From Scenedesmus sp. PABB004 (taxonomy: Eukaryota): 64,000 bases of DNA. Positions 23,197 through 34,304 of the stretch are shown here, in pieces. The DNA is taken from assembly GCA_014905635.1 (NCBI GenBank), contig JABVCE010000007.1, positions 310,001-374,000 on the forward strand, given 5' to 3'. How positions within the stretch are numbered: the first letter of the stretch is position 1; every line of letters begins with the position of its first letter. The notes beneath the pieces were generated by a model. The model was not told the origin of the DNA, made no database searches, and was given only the letters and a program-made list of their open reading frames with translations. A program made the translations under genes and the position numbers.

Positions 23197-24645
23197 GCGG
23201 TTGGCGTCGTGCGCGCGCAGACGGCTGGAGCGCGCGCGCGCGCGGCCGTCCTGCAAGCGAGCGGGGCCGGGAGGAGCTGTGATAGCGCAAGCGCTGCCCC
23301 CTGACACGCTGCGGGAGGCGGGGGCGGCCGCTCCGGGGCCTGGCAGCAGCCCAGGAGAGCCAGCTGGCCTGTCCCGCTCGTCCCCGCCGCGCTGCCGGCG
23401 CTGCCCGCTCAGCTGTGCCCTGCCAGCAGCTGCAGGAACGCTCCGAGCGCAGCGGCTGGCCGGCGGGGGCCCGGTCGCATCATGAACGCGCGGGTGCTGG
23501 CCATCAAACGCCCCGCCTCGCCCGCACACCTGCGCTGGGGCCGCGCGCGCCATGCGAGCCGAACGATTCACGCTCGGCACTGCTCCAGACGCGCGCCCGG
23601 CGCTCAGGAGGTTGGAGCGGGGGGCGCTGTTTCGGGGTGGAGGTTGGCGGGAGGGCGGGCGCGGGGAGCGCGTGCGCGCCCGGGGAGGCGTGGGGGCGCA
23701 CGCGGGGGCGCGGGCAGGCCGTGCGGGGGCGCGGGGGCGGCCTGGAGGCGGCGCGGCGTGCGCGGTCAACTCGTCACGAGACCCGGAGCTGCCCAACGCA
23801 CACCCGCCTCCCCCCCCAGGCCGCTACGGCGTGTCGGGCGCGGCACGTGGGCCGCAGCTCCGTGTGCCTGCTGGCACTGCGGCCCGCCGCGGCAGCGGCA
23901 GCGGCGGGCGGCGGCAGCAGCGCCGCTGGGAGCGGCGGCGGTGGCGGCAGCGGCGGCGGCGGCGGCCACGCCGACGCAGCCTGGCCAGTGACCAGTGTTC
24001 AGGCAGCCTGGTTCAAGAGCGCAGTGCCGTGCTCGATGGGAACAGAGGCGGCCAATCACACGCAGCCTCCTGCTCGCTGCTCCCTGGCGGGTGCGCGCGC
24101 TGGGGTGGGCCTGCTCTGGTGCGCTCGCGGCGCCCTGGGCGCGGCGCAGGGCGAGCTCACGCCAGCAGCGCGAGCTGCTTTCGAGGTTTAGCTACACAAC
24201 CGAAGGCGTAGCTGCCCCCGGGAGCCCGCTGGGCAGCCCCCTGCACAGGCACCGCAACGCACTAGGAGCGCGCGACTTCTGAACGGCCGCGCGAGGCGCG
24301 GCCGCCACCAGCAGGCAGGCTCCAACAGCAGCACGACGGCAAAACCCGGGCGCGGCCAGCACACCTTGTTCAGGTGGCCTGCTGGTGTTCTTTATTAGCC
24401 GCACACACACGTGTGTGGCGCCCGGGGCCGCTTGCCCCCAGACGCGTCGGGCGTCCCGGCGGGACGCCCCGCGAGGGCGCAGCGTGCTGCTGTGCACACG
24501 GTCGTTTGCCACACACACACATGAGAAGACGCGCAGGCAGGTCCTGAGCAACTCGGACGCAGGCGCCGCTCAAACCCATTTAAGCCCGGCACCCGCCGCG
24601 ACCGGGCACCGGCCGCCGCCGAGCTGCCCACAAACAGGCCGCCGC

Positions 24646-25630
24646 TCACCGCACGAGGTGCAGCAGCAGCGTCTCCGCCCTGTCCGTCGCGGTGTGTCCC
24701 AGCACGACGCGGCACGCTCCTGCCTCGCGCGCCATGCCTGCCAACGCTGCGTGCCGCCACTCACGCGCTGCGGCCTGTGGGGGCCGCGGATCGTGTGTGA
24801 GCTCACGTGCGCTCACGTGCCTGCTGGCTGGGTGGCTGCGCCCGGCGGCGAGCGCACCTCTGACCGCAGGGCCGCGCCCGCCACGCGCTCGTGGCAGGGC
24901 ACGCCCAGACGCGCCGCCTGCGCCGCGACGAACGCGGCGTTGGCCGCCGCGTCGCTGCGCATGCGGTGGTCGCAGTGCGCCACGGCCAGCTGCAGCGGCC
25001 AGTGGCCCTGGGCGCTGAGGTCGTGCAGCAGCCGCAGCAGCGCCATGGAGTCCTGCGTCGCAGGCGCAGCGCGTGGCGCAGGCAATCGGCGCGGCGCTGT
25101 GCGCACTTGGCTGCCCGGCGCCGCCGCGGGCCCACCTGGCCTCCCGACACGCCCAGCAGCACTGCCTCTCCGCGCGGCAGCAGCTCCGGCCGCTGCCGCA
25201 GCGTGCGCAGGAGCCGCGCGTGCAGGGGCGTCCACGTCTGCAGCCGCCGCTGCTGCTCCGCGGGCGGCCGCGCGCCAGCCGTCGCCGCCTGCCGCTGCAT
25301 CCGCCGGAGCGCCTCGCCGTCCGCTTTCTGCACGCGTGAATGCGCCGCGCCGGTGCGTGAATGCGCCGCGCGGTTTAGCGCCCTGGGCCCGCCCTCTTGC
25401 GCGGGAGCGGCGCCCAGCGTCGTCCTCTTTCCAGGTGCTGCCAGCAGGCGGGCTCCGCCTCCAGGTGCGGCCGGCGGCGGCGCGTGGGGCGCGGCCGGCG
25501 GGCGGTGGCAGCGGGGCGCGGCGCGGGCCCGTTTGCAGCTCTGGGCATCGCGCAGCGCCAGCGGCGTCTGCCAGCGGGCGGAGGCGGCCCGCCGTGGCCC
25601 CGCGCGGGGCAGGCGCGCCGCGATGGCCAT
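24646..25630 (-). CDS. tilS: tRNA(Ile)-lysidine synthase TilS, N-terminal half only, organelle-targeted; possibly truncated
   Basis: PP-loop [48 protein letters not shown]; no downstream RPLL or D-x-SN exons found. Confidence 0.7.
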
Positions 25631-26152
25631 CGGCCGCGCAGGCGCCGCCTGGGCGGCCCGTGCGCCCGCTCTGCCGCGGCTGCTGGGCCATGGCGGGCAC
25701 TGGGCCACCCGGGCGCGCGCGGCGGCCGCGCAGCCGCGCCAGGCGGCCGCCAGCGGCGCAGCAGCCGCCCGGGGATCAGTGCGCGCCCCCGCAGCGGCAG
25801 CCCGGCGCGCCGCTCCCCCGGCGCCGGCTCCCGGCGGAGTCTGGCGAGCCGCGCGGCGCGCCCGGCGGCTGCAGCGGCGGCAGCGGCCGACGACGCACCG
25901 CCGCTGGCGGCAGCAGCGCCGGCGGCGGCGCCGGAGCACGCGCCCGTGCTGGGTGCCCGTCCGTCACCCCGCAGCGGTCGCGCGGCGACGACGCGGGCGC
26001 GCGCAGCAGCCAGCGGCCAGCGGCCAGCGGGGGGCGGCCGGGACGGGCGGCGACGCGCCGCGCCCGCGCCCGCGCCGACGCCGCGCGCGCCCTCACGCCG
26101 CGCCCGCGCCGCCCGCGCGCCCACGCCGCGCCGCGCCCGCAGCGCAGCAGCC

Positions 26153-26963
26153 ATGAAGCTCAACATCGCGTACCCCACCACGGGGTGCCAGAAGAAGCTG
26201 GAGATCGATGACGACCAGAAGCTGCGCGCCTTTTACGACCGCCGCCTCGCGGCCGAGGTCGAGGGCGACGTGCTGGGCGAGGAGTTCAAGGGCTACGTCT
26301 TCAAGATCATGGGCGGCCAGGACAAGCAGGTGCGGACCGCACGCGGTCGCGGCGCCAGGCACGCGGCGCCAGGCCGCGGCGGGCGGCGTGCCGCAGGAAG
26401 CCGCGGCGTGCGGCGGGAGCGGAGCGGCAGTCGCGCGGAGCTGGGGCCGGCGGCGGCAGCAGCCACACGTGCCGGAGGAGGCGCAGCAGCAGCGCCAGCA
26501 GCGGCGGCGGCGGCGGCGGCGGCGGCTGGAGCGGCGGCGCCAGCAGCGGCACCAGCAGCTGCCGCGGCGTGCTGACGGCGCCGCGCCGCGCCCGCGCCGC
26601 CGCCGCCGCCACGCCGCCGCAGGGCTTCCCCATGAAGCAGGGCGTGCTGACCAACGGCCGCGTCCAGCTGCTGATGAGCCCCGGCGACCAGTGCTTCCGC
26701 GGCCACGGCCGCCGCAACGGCGAGCGCCGCCGCAAGAGCGTGCGCGGCTGCATCGTGTCGCCCGACCTGAGCGTGCTCAACCTGGTCATTGTGAAGAAGG
26801 GCGAGAAGGACCTGCCCGGCCTCACCGACGAGGAGAAGCCGCGCATGCGCGGCCCCAAGCGCGCCAGCAAGGTGCGGCACCGCGCGCGCCGGCCGCGGCG
26901 CGGCCGTGCCGGACGCGCGCTCCCGCGGCGGCGGCCGCAGCAGCCGCGGCGCGTCCGGCTCAC

Positions 26964-27009
<46 letters not shown>

Positions 27010-27540
27010 GCCCCCCGCGCGGCCGCGCAGATCCGCAAGCTGTTCAACCTCACCAAGGACGACGACGTGCGCAAGTACGTCGACACCTACCGCCGCACGT
27101 TTGAGGTCAACGGCAAGAAGCACAGCAAGGCGCCGCGCATCCAGCGCCTCGTCACGCCCGAGACGCTGCAGCGCAAGCGCAGGAAGGCGTCGATCAAGAA
27201 GGCCAAGCACGAGAAGAGCCGCACCGAGGCCGCCGAGTACCACAAGCTGCTCATGACGGTGCGCGCCGCGCCCGCCGCCGCTGCCGCTGCAAGCAGCGGC
27301 AGCAGCAGCGGCCGCCGCAGCGCGCGGGCCAGCGGCGGCGGCGCGGGCGCGGGCCGGCGGCGGGGCAGCTGCGGGCGGGGCCCCCGGTGTGCGCGCCGCG
27401 GCGCGGGCTGACCCGCGATCCGCGCCCGCCGCGCCGCCCCGCGCCGCGCGCAGCGGCTCAAGGAGCAGCGCGAGCGCCGCTCCGAGTCGCTGGCCAAGAA
27501 GCGCGCGATGCGCATGGCCAGCCAGGCCTCCAAGGAGTGA
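26153..27540 (+). CDS. RPS6: 40S ribosomal protein S6 (eS6)
   Basis: [21 protein letters not shown]..., [32 protein letters not shown]; exons 26153-26329, 26623-26871, 27031-27258, 27454-27540. Confidence 0.98.
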
Positions 27541-27671
27541 GCGGCGCAGGGCGGGCCGCCCGCGGCGCGCCGCAGCAGCTGGCGCGGCTGCTGCGGCGGG
27601 CGCCGTGGCCGCGGCGGCGGGGCCGGTGGCGGCCGGCCGCCGGCGGTGCCAGGCGAGGAGGCGGGGCGGTG

Positions 27672-27676
27672 TGTAA
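27672..27676 (+). terminator. Polyadenylation signal TGTAA of RPS6
   Basis: GTGTGTAACCG about 130 nt after the stop. Confidence 0.65.
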
Positions 27677-28060
27677 CCGGCTCCCATTAAACGCACACAG
27701 CTCGGCCAGCTCGGCCAGCCGCGGCGCAGCCCTCGTCGCGCTGCCGGCGCACGGGCGCCTCGAAACAGAGTTGTTTACACGGAGCGGCACGGGCCGATCC
27801 TGGCCAAACCACGAGAGTCGCAGTCCTCACCACTGACCGCGGCCGAGCAGGGGCGCGCCGGCGCCGCAGCAACAGCCGACGCGCCCCGCCCGCCCGCCCT
27901 CCTGCCTCGCCGCCACACGCGCTCGCTCAAGCGCGCGCGCGCGCGCGCGCGCGTGGCCGGCAGCCGCCGCCCCGGCCTGCGCGCCCCAGCTGCGCCGCGC
28001 GCCAGCCTCTCTGCGGCGCGCCCGCGCCGCGCCGCCGGCGCCGCCGCCGCCGCGCCGGCG

Positions 28061-28513
28061 TCACGCGTCCTCGGGGCGCTCCACCACGCGCACGCCCATG
28101 CTCTGGCACTGGCTCATGAGGCACTTGACCACGCCGCGCAGCGACATGCCCGGCATGTCTGGCGCCTTGACCTTAGCGATCTCGTAGAGGTGCTTCAGGC
28201 TGATGCTGCCCACGGTCTCGTGCCCCGCGCGGTCCGCGCCGCGCGCGAGCCCCGCGGCCTGCTTGATGTACCAGCTGCTCGGCGGGCCCTTGAGCATCCA
28301 GTCGTACGACTTGTCCTCGTACACCTTGATCAGCACGCGCAGCGGGACGTCCTTGAAGTCGGCGGTCTTGGCGTTAAACTCCTTGCAAAAGGCCATGATG
28401 TTCAGCCCCGCCTGCCCCAGCGCCGGGCCGACCGGCGGCGCGGGCTTTGCGGCGCCGGCGTTGATGAGCAGCCGGATGCTCGCGACCGCCTTGCGCTTGG
28501 CGGGCTGCGACAT
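28061..28513 (-). CDS. MRPL11: Ribosomal protein uL11, probably mitochondrial; intronless CDS
   Basis: AGAAKPAPPVGPALGQAGLNIMAFCKEFNAKT...ISLKHLYEIAKVK. Confidence 0.92.
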   Translation of the reverse strand: MSQPAKRKAVASIRLLINAGAAKPAPPVGPALGQAGLNIMAFCKEFNAKTADFKDVPLRVLIKVYEDKSYDWMLKGPPSSWYIKQAAGLARGADRAGHETVGSISLKHLYEIAKVKAPDMPGMSLRGVVKCLMSQCQSMGVRVVERPEDA

Positions 28514-29075
28514 GATGGCGCGCGCCGCGCCGCGGCGCGCCGTCCCGCGGCGGCGCCCCCTGCGCCACCTGCGGCAACTGCGGCGGCGGCGGTGGCGCGG
28601 CAGGCGGTCGGCAGGAGGGCGGGCCAGCGCCGCTGGCGGCGGCGCTGCTGCATGCGCGGCGCCGCCGGTGGGCGCGCTTGCTCAGCGCGCCGGCCGGCGC
28701 ACTGCACGCCCGGGCCCGCACCTGGCCGGTCAGGCGCGCGAGGGCTGGCGCCGCCCGCGGGGAGAGCGATGGGCCTGCAGCTGCTGCTGCGATGGGCGGC
28801 GCCCGGGCGCTGCGGGCCGCGGCCGGCCCCGCCGCCGGGTCGAGCGCTTAGGATTCGCTGCCGTAATGCGCTGGGAGCGCGCTGAGCGTGTGCAGCCCAG
28901 CAGCGGCGGTGCGAGGCTTGGGCGCCTGCCCGCCGAGAGAGAGCTGCTGGCGCGGCCGGGGAGCACGAGCGCGATGCGTGTGCTGTGCTGACGCTTGTGG
29001 GGCGATCGCAGCTGGAGGCGGCGCGGCGCGGCGCTGCGGCTGGCCAGGGCGCAGGGCTGTGTGTGCGCGGCTCGG

Positions 29076-31108
29076 TCACCGCCGGGCGGCGGCCGGGTCA
29101 GCGGCCGCGATCGCGCGCTCCGACGCCGCCGCCGCGGCGCCCAGCCGCAGCACGCGCGCCGGGCGGCGCCGGCAGAGCGCCTCCAGCTGCCGCAGCACCT
29201 GTCCTGCGTGCCGCACCGTCTGGCCGCCGCGCCGCCAGCGCGCGTCAAACTCGCAGCACGCGCCGGCGTGCAACGCGGCGGCCGCGGCCGCGTGCCCGCC
29301 CAGCGCCGCCGCCGCGCGGTCAAGCGCGCCGTCGCGCAGCGCGCAGAGCGCGGCGCGCGTGAGGGTGAGCGAGACCAGGGCCAGCGGGAACTCCTGGCCC
29401 GGACTGCGGCGGGCGCCGGCCGGCGGCGGCTGAGCAAGCAAGGCCGCCGCGGCGCGGCGCGGCCCCCGGCAGCGCGCAGGCCCTGCGCCGCGGCGCGCCT
29501 GGTCGACAGCGCGTGCAGCGCGCGCGCCGCCGCGGGGTGGCGGTGGGCCAGGTGGGCGAGCTGCAGCAGGCCCAGCACGCCCACACCCCGCAGGTCGGTG
29601 GCGGGGTGGTCGCCTTGGAAGCCGATCGCCGCCCAGTGCGGGCCATAGCGCGGCACCGCCGCGGGGTCGGCGCCTGGCCGGGCGCCGCATTGCGCGCGGC
29701 GGCCGAGCGGCGGCGTGAGGCTGGCGCCGGCTGGCGAGGCATGCGCATGCGTGCAGGGCTGCCCATGGCGCTGGCCCGCGCCCAGCCGCCGCACCCGTGA
29801 AGGCACAAAACGCCGCCGTCAGCAGCTGCGTGTGCACCGGGTCGGCGTCGCTCAGCGGCGTCTTGGCCAGGCAGAGCAGCGCCACCGCCTGCTCCGGCCA
29901 CGCGCCGCCCTCGCCGCCCCCGCTGCCGCAGCAGCACGCACAGCCGCGGCGGAGCAGGCGCTGCAGGCGGCCTCGCCGCCGCAGCGGTGGCAGGCCCGCC
30001 AGCGCGGCGGCACGCACGCCGCGCATGTCGGCCGCTGCTAGCAGCTGCGCCTCGGCGTCCGCGTACGACAGCACGGCGCCCGGCGCCTGCGCCTGCGCCT
30101 GCTCCTGCCCGGCCGCCGCCGCGGCCGCCTGCTCGCGGAGCACCTGCTTGGTGGCGGCCACCCACTCGTCGTCGGCCGTGGCCGCTGCCTGCTGCGGCGC
30201 GCCGCCGCCGCGCGGCGGGTCGCCCAGGTGTTCCTCCGCACAGCTGCTGTGCTGCGCGACTGCCGCTGCTACTGGTGCTGGCACCGCGCCGCATAGCTCG
30301 AGCTGCACGCCGGCGGCGTCCAGGGCCTCGCCGTCGGCGGCCCGTCCTGCGAGCTGCTGCTGCTGGCCCTGCTGCTGCTGCTCCGGAGGCTGCTCAGCCT
30401 GCGGCTGCTGCGGCGCAGCCGAGCCGAGGCCGCCTGTGGCGGCCTCCTCGCCGTCCGCGCCCTCGTGCTCCCCCTCCCTCACCACGCTCAGCGTGCGCCG
30501 GCTTAGCAACGAGGCAAACTGGGGCGGGAGCCAGCCGTCCTCGAGCTCCGCCAGGTGCACGCCGTGCGGGCGGTGGCCGCCGCCGCTGACACCGGCGCCG
30601 GCGCCGGCGCTGGTGCTGTCGTCGGGCGCGCTGGGCTCGGGTGGCGCGTCAAACCACTCAAAGCCTGACGTCGGCGCCGGCGTGTGCGGCGTGCGCGTGC
30701 TGCGCGGCGGCGACTCGTCGCCCGCGCTGTCGACGAAGCAGCACTCCGCTGGCACGACGAACAGCAAGTCTGGCAGCGCCAGCGCCGGCGCGCGTACGGC
30801 GCTGACGGCGCTGTCGAGCACGCTCAGCGTGCGGTGGTGGCACGGCGCGCTGCGGGCGGGTGCGGCCGCGGCTGAGCGCCGGCGCGGCGCCGGGTGCTGC
30901 CGCTGGTCACGCACCAGCACCACCGCGCGTGAGCGCGCGCGCGCCGCCCCGTGCGGCCGCGCCGCACGCACACGCGCTTGGCGCGCCAGCGCGCGCACCT
31001 GCAGGCGCCGTCCAGCGGCTCGCCCGACAGCGAGCACGTTAGAAGCTCGCCTTCAAGCTCGAGCGCGTCCAGTGGGAAGGAGCCGGGCCCGTCGGCGCCG
31101 GGCGCCAT
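29076..31108 (-). CDS. ELMO/CED-12 domain protein (ELMOD-like)
   Basis: RYGPHWAAIGFQGDHPATDLRGVGVLGLLQL and EFPLALVSLTLT; multi-exon. Confidence 0.85.
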
Positions 31109-31397
31109 TTTGTCGGTGCGGTCCGCGCCAGCGCGGCGCGAGACTGGCCGCCGCTGCTTCTCTCTGCCGCGCCGCTGCTCCGCCAGCCGCTTGCTGGTAA
31201 GAGTCAAAAGCTCGGCGCGGGAACTCACCGTCGCCCGCGCGCGGTCTCAGGTCTCCGCGACAGCGGCGTTGGACCAAGCCGCCGCCGCTGCCCGCGGCGC
31301 TCCAGAGCTGCCCCGCGAAGCTGCCCCGTCAACCCGCAGACCCAGACCGGTCCCGAGCCGCGACGGTAAACGAACGAGCGCCGCCGGGGCAGCGGCG

Positions 31398-33476
31398 ATG
31401 CTGCGCCAGCAGGCGGCGGCGCTGCTGGCGCTGCGGCGCCCCGCCCCAGGCTCCGTGATCGCCCGCGCCTCAAGCTACGCCAGCTGGGGCGATGGAAGCA
31501 GCCGCAGCGGCCCCCGCGGCGGCAGGGGCAGCAGCGGGCGCGGCAGGGGCGGCGGCAGCGGCAGCCGCTCCTACCAGCAGCAGCGCGAGCGCGAGCGCGA
31601 GCGCGGGGGCGGCGACCGCCCGCCGCCGCGCCCGCCGCCGCGCCCGCCGCCGCGCGGCCGCCACCGCTACCTGGCCACCTGCCACCCGGGGCTGGAGGAG
31701 GTCGTCGCGGCCGAGCTGCGCCAGCCGTGGGCGGCCGGCCTCGCCAGAGACGTGACCGCGACCGCGCCCGGGCGCGTCGAGTTTGGCGCCGACTCGCTGG
31801 CCGCCGGCTACGCCGCCGCGTGCTGCCTCCACTCCGCCACGCGCGTGCTGCACCTGCTGCACGAGGAGCGCCTCGACACGGCGCGCCCCGCCGGCGACAC
31901 GGTGCGCCCGCGCCAGCGCGCGCCGCGGCACGCGCTGCGCTCGTGGGGCGGCGGCGCGAGCTCACGGCGGCGCCGCGCCGCGCCGCAGATCTACGAGGCC
32001 GCGCGCGCCGCGGCGCCGTGGCCGGAGCTGCTCCCGCGCGGGCGCACGCTGGGTGTGCACTGCATCCACGTGCACAACAACACGACGGTGAGCAACAGCC
32101 AGCTCGTGACGCGGCGCGTGCGCGACGCGGTCTGCGACGCGGTGCGCGACGCGAGCGGCGAGCGCCCCGCGCCGCCGGACGGCGCACCGGACCTGCCGCT
32201 GGCGTTCCAGCTGCTCAGCGACCGGCTGCAGCTCTTCCGCGACGTCGGCGGCGGCAGCCTCCACCGGCGCGGCTACCGGCCACCCGGGGCGCCGACGCAC
32301 CGCGCAGCACTCAACGAGGCCGCGGCCGGCGGCCTGCTGCAGCTGGCAGACTGGGCGGAGCGGTGCACGCAGCCAGGTGCGCCGCGGCGACGCCGGTGCG
32401 GCCGGCCCGCCGGCCGCTGGCGCGGCGCGTGCACCGCGGCCGCGCTGCCTCACTGCTGTGCGTGCCGCCCACGTGCCCTGCAGGCGTGGTCCTGGCCGAC
32501 CCGATGTGCGGCTCCGGCACGCTGCTGGTCGAGGCGGCCCTGCTCGCCACGACGACAGCGCCGGGGCTGCTGCGGCGCGGCCCGTGGGCGTTTGAAGGCT
32601 TCCACGACCACGAACAGGCGCGGCGGGGCTCTCTGCGGCCGCGGCGACGCTGCGGGCGGGCGCGGCGCCGCCGGCGGTGCGGCACCTGCGGCGCCGACCC
32701 GAACGTGCCCGCACATGCGCGCGCAGGTGGCCTGGCAGGAGGTGCAGGACGCCGCGCGGGCGCGCGCCGAGGCAGGCCGCGCGCGCTGGCTGCGCGATGG
32801 CGGCCGGCTGCTGGGCAACGACGTGCACAAGGTGCGCGCGGGGGGCCTAGCCGCGAGCTGCCGCGCGAGCTGCTGCGAGCGAGGCCGCCGCCTCACCGCC
32901 GCGCCGCTCCCCGCGGCCGGCGCCGCGCAGGGTGCGCTGGCGCTTGCGGAGCAGGCCGCGGCGGCGGCGGGCGTGGGGGGCCTGATCGCCCTGAGTGCCG
33001 GCGAGGCAGGCGCATGGGCGCCGCGCGCCACGCCGAGCCAGGTGGTGGTCAACCCGCCGTGGGGTCTGCGCCTCGGCGGCGAGCGCGACGACGGCCCCGG
33101 CGGCGGCGGCGGCTGGCGCGGCGCGGAGCAGGAGCCCCCGCCCGACGTGGTCGACGCGTGGGCGCAGCTTGGCGCGTTCCTCAAGCGCCGCTGCCCCGGC
33201 GCCGAGGCGTGGGTGCTCTCCGGCTCCGACGCCGGCCTCACGGCGCAGCTCGGCATGCGTGCGTGCCGCAAGCGCTCGGTCGCGCTGGGCGGGCAGCGGG
33301 CCAAGTGGCTCAAGTATGAGGTGCGCGGCGCGGGGGAGCTGCTGACGCGCCGCGCCGCCGCGGCCGCGGCGGCGGCGATGGCGCTCGGCGCGGCGGCGCC
33401 GGCGCCGGAGCTCGCGATCGCCGCGCCGGCGGCCGCCGAGGACAGGTGCGCGCGGCAGCTGGTGGCGGCGCAGTAA
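31398..33476 (+). CDS. THUMP-domain RNA (guanine-N2) methyltransferase, RlmL-like, organelle-targeted
   Basis: [55 protein letters not shown]; 4 introns. Confidence 0.88.
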   Translation: MLRQQAAALLALRRPAPGSVIARASSYASWGDGSSRSGPRGGRGSSGRGRGGGSGSRSYQQQRERERERGGGDRPPPRPPPRPPPRGRHRYLATCHPGLEEVVAAELRQPWAAGLARDVTATAPGRVEFGADSLAAGYAAACCLHSATRVLHLLHEERLDTARPAGDTVRPRQRAPRHALRSWGGGASSRRRRAAPQIYEAARAAAPWPELLPRGRTLGVHCIHVHNNTTVSNSQLVTRRVRDAVCDAVRDASGERPAPPDGAPDLPLAFQLLSDRLQLFRDVGGGSLHRRGYRPPGAPTHRAALNEAAAGGLLQLADWAERCTQPGAPRRRRCGRPAGRWRGACTAAALPHCCACRPRALQAWSWPTRCAAPARCWSRRPCSPRRQRRGCCGAARGRLKASTTTNRRGGALCGRGDAAGGRGAAGGAAPAAPTRTCPHMRAQVAWQEVQDAARARAEAGRARWLRDGGRLLGNDVHKVRAGGLAASCRASCCERGRRLTAAPLPAAGAAQGALALAEQAAAAAGVGGLIALSAGEAGAWAPRATPSQVVVNPPWGLRLGGERDDGPGGGGGWRGAEQEPPPDVVDAWAQLGAFLKRRCPGAEAWVLSGSDAGLTAQLGMRACRKRSVALGGQRAKWLKYEVRGAGELLTRRAAAAAAAAMALGAAAPAPELAIAAPAAAEDRCARQLVAAQ

Positions 33477-34304
33477 CCGCTGAGCGGCGGGGAGCGCGCG
33501 CGGCGCAGCTGCGCGGTTGTCGGGCGGCAGCGCAAGCCCGCGGGCCCGGCAGCGCTACGCCGTGCGCGCGGCGGCCCGGCAGCGCCACGGCCGCCTCGAC
33601 CCGGGCAGCTCCTGCGCGCACCTACCTCCCCGCGCGCTGCGGGCGCGCCGCGCGCCGCCGTCTGCCCGCGCCGGCCGTTCCCGCCCGCCGCCGTCCGTGC
33701 TGCCCCGCTGGCGCGCCGGCCGCTGCCGGCGCTGGGCGCGGCGCAGCTGCGCTGCCGGGCACCGAGTCCCACGCGCGTTTGGCGGTGGGGGCGCGCCCCC
33801 GCAGCCGGCACGGCGCGCCGCCCCGAGCCAGCCCGACTGGCGCGCGGGCCGAGCTCCGCCAAAGCGTGGCTCCAGCTGCGGGCGGGCCTCGGGGAGCCTG
33901 CTGGGGCTGCCAGCAGCGTGATGCGACAGCGCGATCGGCTGTTTGGCGGCCGCACGCGGGGGCAGGTGCCGGCGCCAGCGCCGCAGCGCCCCCTCGGCGG
34001 CGGCCGTCGCGCGCGGGCGCGGCCGCGCGCTTGTGGGCCAGCGGCGCCCTCTCTGAGCACGTCAGTGGCGGCGTTCGGGGCCCGGGCTGGAACTAACAAT
34101 TACGCGCCTCGGGGGGCGTTGCGAGGGCGCCAGGCCCCGGCCCGCCCCGCCCGCCGCACACCCGCGTAGCCCCGCGACGCGCCTCGCCGCCGCGCAGCCC
34201 CACCGGCCCGCCAGCAGAGCCTCCGGCGCCGAGTGTGCGTAATTTTTGCGGCGCGCCGCGGCCCATGTGGAGCTAGGAGGCGCGCGCCCGAGCCAGCCGG
34301 AGCC

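Noticed and set aside
28061..33476. Bacterial-like genes (uL11, RlmL-like) as contamination or recent horizontal transfer
   Set aside because: Host-like codon usage, introns and a targeting peptide in the methyltransferase, and embedding among eukaryotic genes indicate ordinary nucleus-encoded organellar proteins
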